A stretch of DNA of 64,000 nt from an uncultured Nitrososphaerales archaeon (GTDB taxonomy: Archaea; Thermoproteota; Nitrososphaeria; Nitrososphaerales; Nitrososphaeraceae): positions 1 to 64,000 of the forward strand of contig CAVPXM010000073.1 in NCBI GenBank assembly GCA_963709405.1. The letters are read 5' to 3'. The notes beneath the pieces were generated by a model, which saw only the letters and a list, made by a program, of their open reading frames with translations, was not told where the DNA came from and ran no database searches. A program made the translations under genes and the position numbers. The first letter of the stretch is position 1. Every line of letters starts with the position of its first letter. Positions 58,997-64,000 of the stretch are shown here, piece after piece.

Positions 58997-59131
58997 TTAT
59001 ACGGACTCATCATAATGAATCATATACCAACAACAACATTTGTCTAAGGAACAAGTAGGGCAATCAAATGCTGATTTGCTAGCAATACATTCTCCTGGAT
59101 AACAACCACAATCCACACATTTAATTTTCAT
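58997..59131 (-). CDS. 44-aa Cys-rich metallothionein-like peptide (not in the ORF track)
   Basis: MKIKCVDCGCYPGECIASKSAFDCPTCSLDKCCCWYMIHYDESV; paralog at 62555. Confidence 0.75.
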   Translation of the reverse strand: MKIKCVDCGCYPGECIASKSAFDCPTCSLDKCCCWYMIHYDESV

Positions 59132-59402
59132 AGTTATATGTATGAGATACTAGACGATACGCTTAAGGTTTAATTAGCATCATAAGAGCTAGTTATAGAG
59201 ACTATTGAAGTTGCGCTCTTAACGATGTGACTATCAATTAATATTAGTTGATGTCGATGGTTGGATTTGCATCAACTGACTATGCTGTAAATGCTCGTGA
59301 AGGGGAAGTATTGTTACCTAATGCCACTTGAGGTCTATACTATAATGAAACGGAGACATTTAGAATGTTAGATAGGATAATACCAGACTTATACAAGGTA
59401 TT

Positions 59403-61601
59403 TCAACCATTTTCATTCTTATGAAGAGCAAATCTTCTAATTAATAGAGAATTGCCAAATACCGCGGAATCACTTATGACCCATCCTAATGCTGCTAATG
59501 CTGGAGTCAGTATTAGAGAATTTGTGAGACCGTATAGTAATCCAGCAGCAATTGATATCGTTATAACGTTATATGTAAAAGACATAGCTAAATTCTGTTT
59601 TATTTTCTTAAAGGAATACTGCCCTAACTTTAAGGCATAAAGAACATGCTTTAGGTCACTTTTCATAAGTATTATGTGTCCAGCTGACATGGCTATGTCT
59701 GTCCCAGAACCAATCGCTATCCCGACGTCAGCCTGTGTTAGTGCTGGAGCGTCATTTATTCCGTCTCCAATCATAATAACTTTTTTCCCTTGATTGATCT
59801 GTAATTTCTTTATCTCTAGGGCCTTTTCGGCGGGTGAGACTTGAAACAAAACCCTTTCAATACCAAGTTTCCTAGCAATAGCATCGACAGTTCTTTTGTT
59901 ATCTCCGCTGATCAGTATAATTTCTTTTTTCATCTTCTTTATTTCTTTAACAATATATTTTGCATCTTCTCTAAGTGTATCTGCGACAGCTATCAATCCG
60001 ACTAGTGCATCTTCTACAAATACTTCAACCACCGTTTTTCCTTCTAATTCTAGGTTTTCGATTTTTGACTGAATATCTTGGGAAATCAATCTAGTTCCAT
60101 GATTGTTATTTTTGTTGTCATCCCCATTTACTTTTCGTGTTGCTCCGTTACGACCAAGAAATATTCTTTTTCCCTGATATGACGCCAAAACACCTGAGCC
60201 AGATAACGAGTAGAATTCTGATACGTCCAGTTTCGGAATGGATTTTTCATTTGTTTTTTTTACTATAGCACTGGCTATGGGATGTTCTGATTTTGCTTCA
60301 ATAGATGATGCTATCTGCAATATACGGAGTTGATCATATTCATGATGATTTGAAATAACATCAGTTACTTCTGGTGTTCCTTTTGTCAATGTCCCAGTTT
60401 TATCAAACACTATTGTATCTATAGAAGATAATTTTTCAATATATCCTCCACCTTTAATTAATACCCCTTCTCTTGCCGCCTTATCTATTCCTAAAGATAT
60501 CACCATAGGAGTAGCTATACCCAATGCACAAGGACATGATACTACAAGCACCGTGGCAAACACAGTTATAGCAAATGAAATAGGTTCGTTTGCAACAAAT
60601 AACCAGTAAAGCGATGCACTGATTGCGATCATAAGAACGGTTGGTATGAAATACTGAACAGCTCGATCTGCGATTCTTTGCACAGGTGCTTTTGACATCC
60701 TAGCTTTCCTAACCATATCGATTATACTCGCAAGCACAGTATTGCTTCCCACATTGGTTGTCTTAAACTGAAGATAACCATTCTTGTTTAAGGTGCCACC
60801 TGTAACTCTATCGCCAATTTTTTTCTCAACAGGTATTGATTCTCCAGTAATCATAGATTCGTCTAGAGAGGATTCTCCGTCAATTACTTCTCCATCCGTA
60901 GCAATTTTTTCCCCAGGTTTTACAATAACTATATCACCAACAACAATTTCATCAGAATCGAGAATCTCTTCTTTTCCATTTCGAATAACCATTGCAGTCT
61001 TAGGTTTTAAAGCAAGCAGATTCTTTAATGATTCATTGGTTGTTTTCAGAACCCTGCTTTCAAGATATTCTCCTATTGTGAATATAGTTAAAACAGATGA
61101 GGAAGCCTCAAAAAATTGGATATGAGAAGATGTAAAGAGCAATGTAAATATACTATAAAGATATGCTACGGTAGTGCTTAGTACAACAAGAGTATCTGTG
61201 GTAAATCGCTTTCTGTATCTTATTGCTTGCAAGAACCTGTAATAAAATGGTCTTCCTAGAAGAACTTGAACAATTGTTGCTAACGCTAATATCACAAATT
61301 CAACCGTAATTGAACGATATTGCACAAATACTTCCAGCAGGACTATAGATATGGTTAAAGTGAGACCAATAATTATGAGTAATTTGTCGTTAAGCAGCAG
61401 ACGATTCTCATTCTTCTGGTGATCGCTTGTGTGCTCATGCTGCTGCATATTATCATGTTTTTCTTCATCACTTCTAGTAACTACTTGATTTAAGGCAGGT
61501 TCGTTACTGCTGCAACAATCGCAGTTAATATTAGCATCAACAGAAGAAAACTTAAGATGTTCTTGTTCTTTATCCTTTAATAACTTGTCAAATTTTTTCA
61601 T
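59403..61601 (-). CDS. Heavy-metal P1B-type ATPase (CopA-like, atypical last TM)
   Basis: [24 protein letters not shown]; N-terminal CDCC and His-rich segment. Confidence 0.93.
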   Translation of the reverse strand: MKKFDKLLKDKEQEHLKFSSVDANINCDCCSSNEPALNQVVTRSDEEKHDNMQQHEHTSDHQKNENRLLLNDKLLIIIGLTLTISIVLLEVFVQYRSITVEFVILALATIVQVLLGRPFYYRFLQAIRYRKRFTTDTLVVLSTTVAYLYSIFTLLFTSSHIQFFEASSSVLTIFTIGEYLESRVLKTTNESLKNLLALKPKTAMVIRNGKEEILDSDEIVVGDIVIVKPGEKIATDGEVIDGESSLDESMITGESIPVEKKIGDRVTGGTLNKNGYLQFKTTNVGSNTVLASIIDMVRKARMSKAPVQRIADRAVQYFIPTVLMIAISASLYWLFVANEPISFAITVFATVLVVSCPCALGIATPMVISLGIDKAAREGVLIKGGGYIEKLSSIDTIVFDKTGTLTKGTPEVTDVISNHHEYDQLRILQIASSIEAKSEHPIASAIVKKTNEKSIPKLDVSEFYSLSGSGVLASYQGKRIFLGRNGATRKVNGDDNKNNNHGTRLISQDIQSKIENLELEGKTVVEVFVEDALVGLIAVADTLREDAKYIVKEIKKMKKEIILISGDNKRTVDAIARKLGIERVLFQVSPAEKALEIKKLQINQGKKVIMIGDGINDAPALTQADVGIAIGSGTDIAMSAGHIILMKSDLKHVLYALKLGQYSFKKIKQNLAMSFTYNVITISIAAGLLYGLTNSLILTPALAALGWVISDSAVFGNSLLIRRFALHKNENG

Positions 61602-61622
61602 ATATCTATAGTCCTCCCTATT

Positions 61623-61856
61623 TCACTTCTTCTTTGGTTCCTCGTTATAGTTTACACATTCAAATATTCCTCTTGCTATTTCTGATAGTATAGTATCGCC
61701 TTCTCGTAAAATGTTTGAAACCATCTTGTTGCGAATGCTGTAAAAAATATTCTTTCCTTCTCTTCTATTCTGAACAAGTCCACAGTCTAGCAGACACGCT
61801 CTGTAATTGTATTGACACATTATTAGTTGATGATATGATGAACTATTGATAGCCAT
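61623..61856 (-). pseudogene. ArsR/SmtB regulator, C-terminal half
   Basis: ACLLDCGLVQNRREGKNIFYSI; N-terminal helices missing. Confidence 0.7.
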
Positions 61857-62188
61857 CGCTATTTAAATTCATCTATTACATCTCCTAAATTGAGATTGGA
61901 TATCTATCTAGGTAAAACTGTTACTGGCTGTCAAAGACAAGGTAAAATTAGGAGAATTAAGAATTTACTAGTATATTTGCAGATATGGCTTAATTATTTC
62001 CTCTCTCATACCTTGTGTTTACAAGAGAAACTATTTAAGTTGTCGAGAGAAACTAGGTAAAGTAGTGCGGTTATGGAAACAAAAAGAAATGAAGCGCAAA
62101 AACAAGATCAGTAAAAACAAGAACAGCGTTACCACTTGTTCAAAATATTGAAAATTGAGATTTTCATGGATATGATACTGATACACTT

Positions 62189-62488
62189 ATGAAAGAGACT
62201 GCTAAACTACGTAAGATAATTACAAAGAGAGGAACTCTTGAAATCCTAATCCCATTATGTTGTACCACTACACCAGTTAGATATCTAAAATTCAGAAATA
62301 CACTGAAGGGTTTTAGTAGCAAGACTTTAGCGAAAAGGCTAAAGGAACTTGATAAAAGCGGAATTCTAGAAAGACAAGCATACAACGAAATCCCACGAAG
62401 AGTAGAATATAGATTAACAAATAAAGGACAAGAACTTGTTGAATCTATAGTCTACCTATCGCAGTGGATGAGACGATGGTCTTCCTAA
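62189..62488 (+). CDS. HxlR-family transcriptional regulator
   Basis: SSKTLAKRLKEL..GILER..YNEIPRRVEYRLTNKG. Confidence 0.92.
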   Translation: MKETAKLRKIITKRGTLEILIPLCCTTTPVRYLKFRNTLKGFSSKTLAKRLKELDKSGILERQAYNEIPRRVEYRLTNKGQELVESIVYLSQWMRRWSS

Positions 62489-62554
62489 AATTTTGATACG
62501 ATTCAATGTTTCTATTTTGAAAATCATTAATAGTAGTAATCGGAAGTGCTATGT

Positions 62555-62689
62555 GTGAATATCACGTGCTCGGAGTGCTTATGTGCACCTACCGATTGTA
62601 TTATTATTGATCGGAAAGATCCTCACATGTGCAAGTATTGCATAAAGGACATATGCTGCTGTATAAGTATTCATATAGAATCGGATTAA
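62555..62689 (+). CDS. 44-aa Cys-rich metallothionein-like peptide, GTG start (not in the ORF track)
   Basis: MNITCSECLCAPTDCIIIDRKDPHMCKYCIKDICCCISIHIESD; same Cys spacing as 58997..59131. Confidence 0.72.
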   Translation: MNITCSECLCAPTDCIIIDRKDPHMCKYCIKDICCCISIHIESD

Positions 62690-62803
62690 CAGCTATTCAT
62701 TAATTTTTGTCTTCTGGATTCAAGAATCAACAAGAAATGCTCTTAGAACTACAATCCTTCATCAGATTCTTATAATAGCAGGTTTTGTAACCCTTTATCA
62801 ACA

Positions 62804-63181
62804 TTGAATAGTAACGTAAAAAATATCTCAATTAGTTTATTCTTATTTTTTCTTGCTGGTTTATGTGAAATTGGTGGCGGATATCTAGTATGGTTATGGT
62901 TAAGAGAGGACATGAGCTGGGTTTTAGGAGTTATTGGTGGGTTTGTTTTGTTTGCTTATGGAATAATTCCTACCTATCAACCAGCTCATTTCCATCGTGT
63001 TTATGCAGCCTACGGTGGAATCTTTATTATCATGGCCCTAGCTTGGGGTTGGTTATTTGAAAGGATTGCTCCTGACATCTATGATATTTTGGGCTCAATC
63101 ATTGCAATTATTGGAGTTGTAGTAATATTTTATATGCCTAGAAAGAATGGTGGTGAGAAATCAATCTGGGCCAATCAATAA
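62804..63181 (+). CDS. ynfA: YnfA/UPF0060 small membrane protein
   Basis: AGLCEIGGGYLVWLW, RVYAAYGGIFI. Confidence 0.9.
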   Translation: MNSNVKNISISLFLFFLAGLCEIGGGYLVWLWLREDMSWVLGVIGGFVLFAYGIIPTYQPAHFHRVYAAYGGIFIIMALAWGWLFERIAPDIYDILGSIIAIIGVVVIFYMPRKNGGEKSIWANQ

Positions 63182-63513
63182 TAATAATAATAATCATAGT
63201 TACTCTGACATTATTCTTTACTGCAGCAATCGCAGAGATTGGTGGAGGATATCTGATTTGGTCGTGGATAAGGAAAAAGAAGCCGCTAATTCTCGGTTTA
63301 GTTGGTGGAATAATTTTATTTATTTATGGAACTCTTCCAACGCTCCAACCATCGAACTTTGGAAGAGTATATGCAGCCTACGGTGGAATCTTCGTAGTAT
63401 CTTCTATTATCTGGGGATTATTGATAGACAAAAAGAAGCCAGACAGATATGACGTCATTGGGTCATTTATTGTGTTATCAGGTGCAGCAGTAATATTTTA
63501 CAGTCCTCGCTAG
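63166..63513 (+). CDS. ynfA: Second YnfA/UPF0060 protein, probable CTG start (not in the ORF track)
   Basis: AAIAEIGGGYLIWSW...FGRVYAAYGGIFV...PDRYD; open frame from CTG 63166 to TAG 63513. Confidence 0.88.
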   Translation: MGQSIIIIIIIVTLTLFFTAAIAEIGGGYLIWSWIRKKKPLILGLVGGIILFIYGTLPTLQPSNFGRVYAAYGGIFVVSSIIWGLLIDKKKPDRYDVIGSFIVLSGAAVIFYSPR

Positions 63514-63646
63514 CTAGCTGCCATAGCGAACATCTGTTAATCTTCATGACCATATAAGCGCTATCTATTATTGGATTATTGGACTACTAAATTTGCTTAT
63601 ATATGCTCCAAGTTTAACTTGATTCAAATCAGGGAGAAGAAAAATC

Positions 63647-64000
63647 ATGTTCTCGGGAGGAAAGAAAAATGAGAAGCATAAGAACAAGAAGAATCGCTTC
63701 TCATCAGAATATACAATGCTTTCAATCCTCGAATATCTTTATACAAATACACAAAAGATACCTGTAAGTAAATATAATATTGTGACAAATACTCCTGGTA
63801 TTAAGCAACAGAGACCAGATAGAGTGAATATCATGATAGATTCACTCGAGAAGAATGGATACATTACATCGGTAAATACCTCTCCCAATCTCATATTCTA
63901 TAAGATAACTCAAAATGGTATAGACGCTTATGAGAAATGGATTAAGGATTTTCTAGACTTTGCAAGAAATACAAATATTACTACTACACATGCAAGATCT
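63647..64000 (+). CDS. Winged-helix protein, runs off the right window edge
   Basis: SILEYLY...IDSLEKNGYI...FYKITQNGIDAYEKW; no stop before 64000. Confidence 0.7.
   Translation, partial: MFSGGKKNEKHKNKKNRFSSEYTMLSILEYLYTNTQKIPVSKYNIVTNTPGIKQQRPDRVNIMIDSLEKNGYITSVNTSPNLIFYKITQNGIDAYEKWIKDFLDFARNTNITTTHARS

Noticed and set aside
1725-62385. Numerous antisense ORFs (e.g. 1725..2048, 13434..13799, 51891..52280, 60784..61125)
   Set aside because: Shadows of well-supported opposite-strand genes
63177-63195. (AAT)n microsatellite as a phase-variation switch
   Set aside because: Triplet unit keeps the frame, and similar AAT runs are common throughout this AT-rich window
63147-63452. 101-aa ORF from the track
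   Set aside because: Wrong-frame shadow of the second ynfA gene

Overview
AT-rich archaeal DNA, very likely from a soil ammonia-oxidising archaeon (Nitrososphaeraceae). The evidence is a TFB cyclin-domain fragment, an MtrA-like fragment, Nitrososphaera-type histidine kinases with stand-alone REC proteins, PQQ/GSDH beta-propellers, and IS6/IS5/IS481 elements. This is an accessory region full of decayed IS elements and abruptly truncated gene fragments. Many single-base frameshifts (homopolymers, tandem repeats) look like uncorrected long-read errors, so pseudogene calls are tentative. The main signals are: (1) two unannotated 44-aa, 9-Cys paralogous peptides (metallothionein-like) bracketing an atypical P1B metal ATPase/ArsR/HxlR/YnfA locus; (2) a plasmid-like integrated element (RHH, Zn-ribbon, candidate divergent Rep_trans-like initiator split by an IS481 with 6-bp TSD, wHTH, tyrosine integrase); (3) a ppx plus tandem thymidylate-kinase-like operon, a probable heteromeric polyphosphate kinase; (4) five members of an uncharacterised small secreted Cys/aromatic protein family in two arrays; (5) a secreted protein with 3x44-aa repeats and an 8x His-rich tail; (6) a duplicated TATA plus 14-codon mini-ORF cassette. 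No rRNA, tRNA or CRISPR array was seen.
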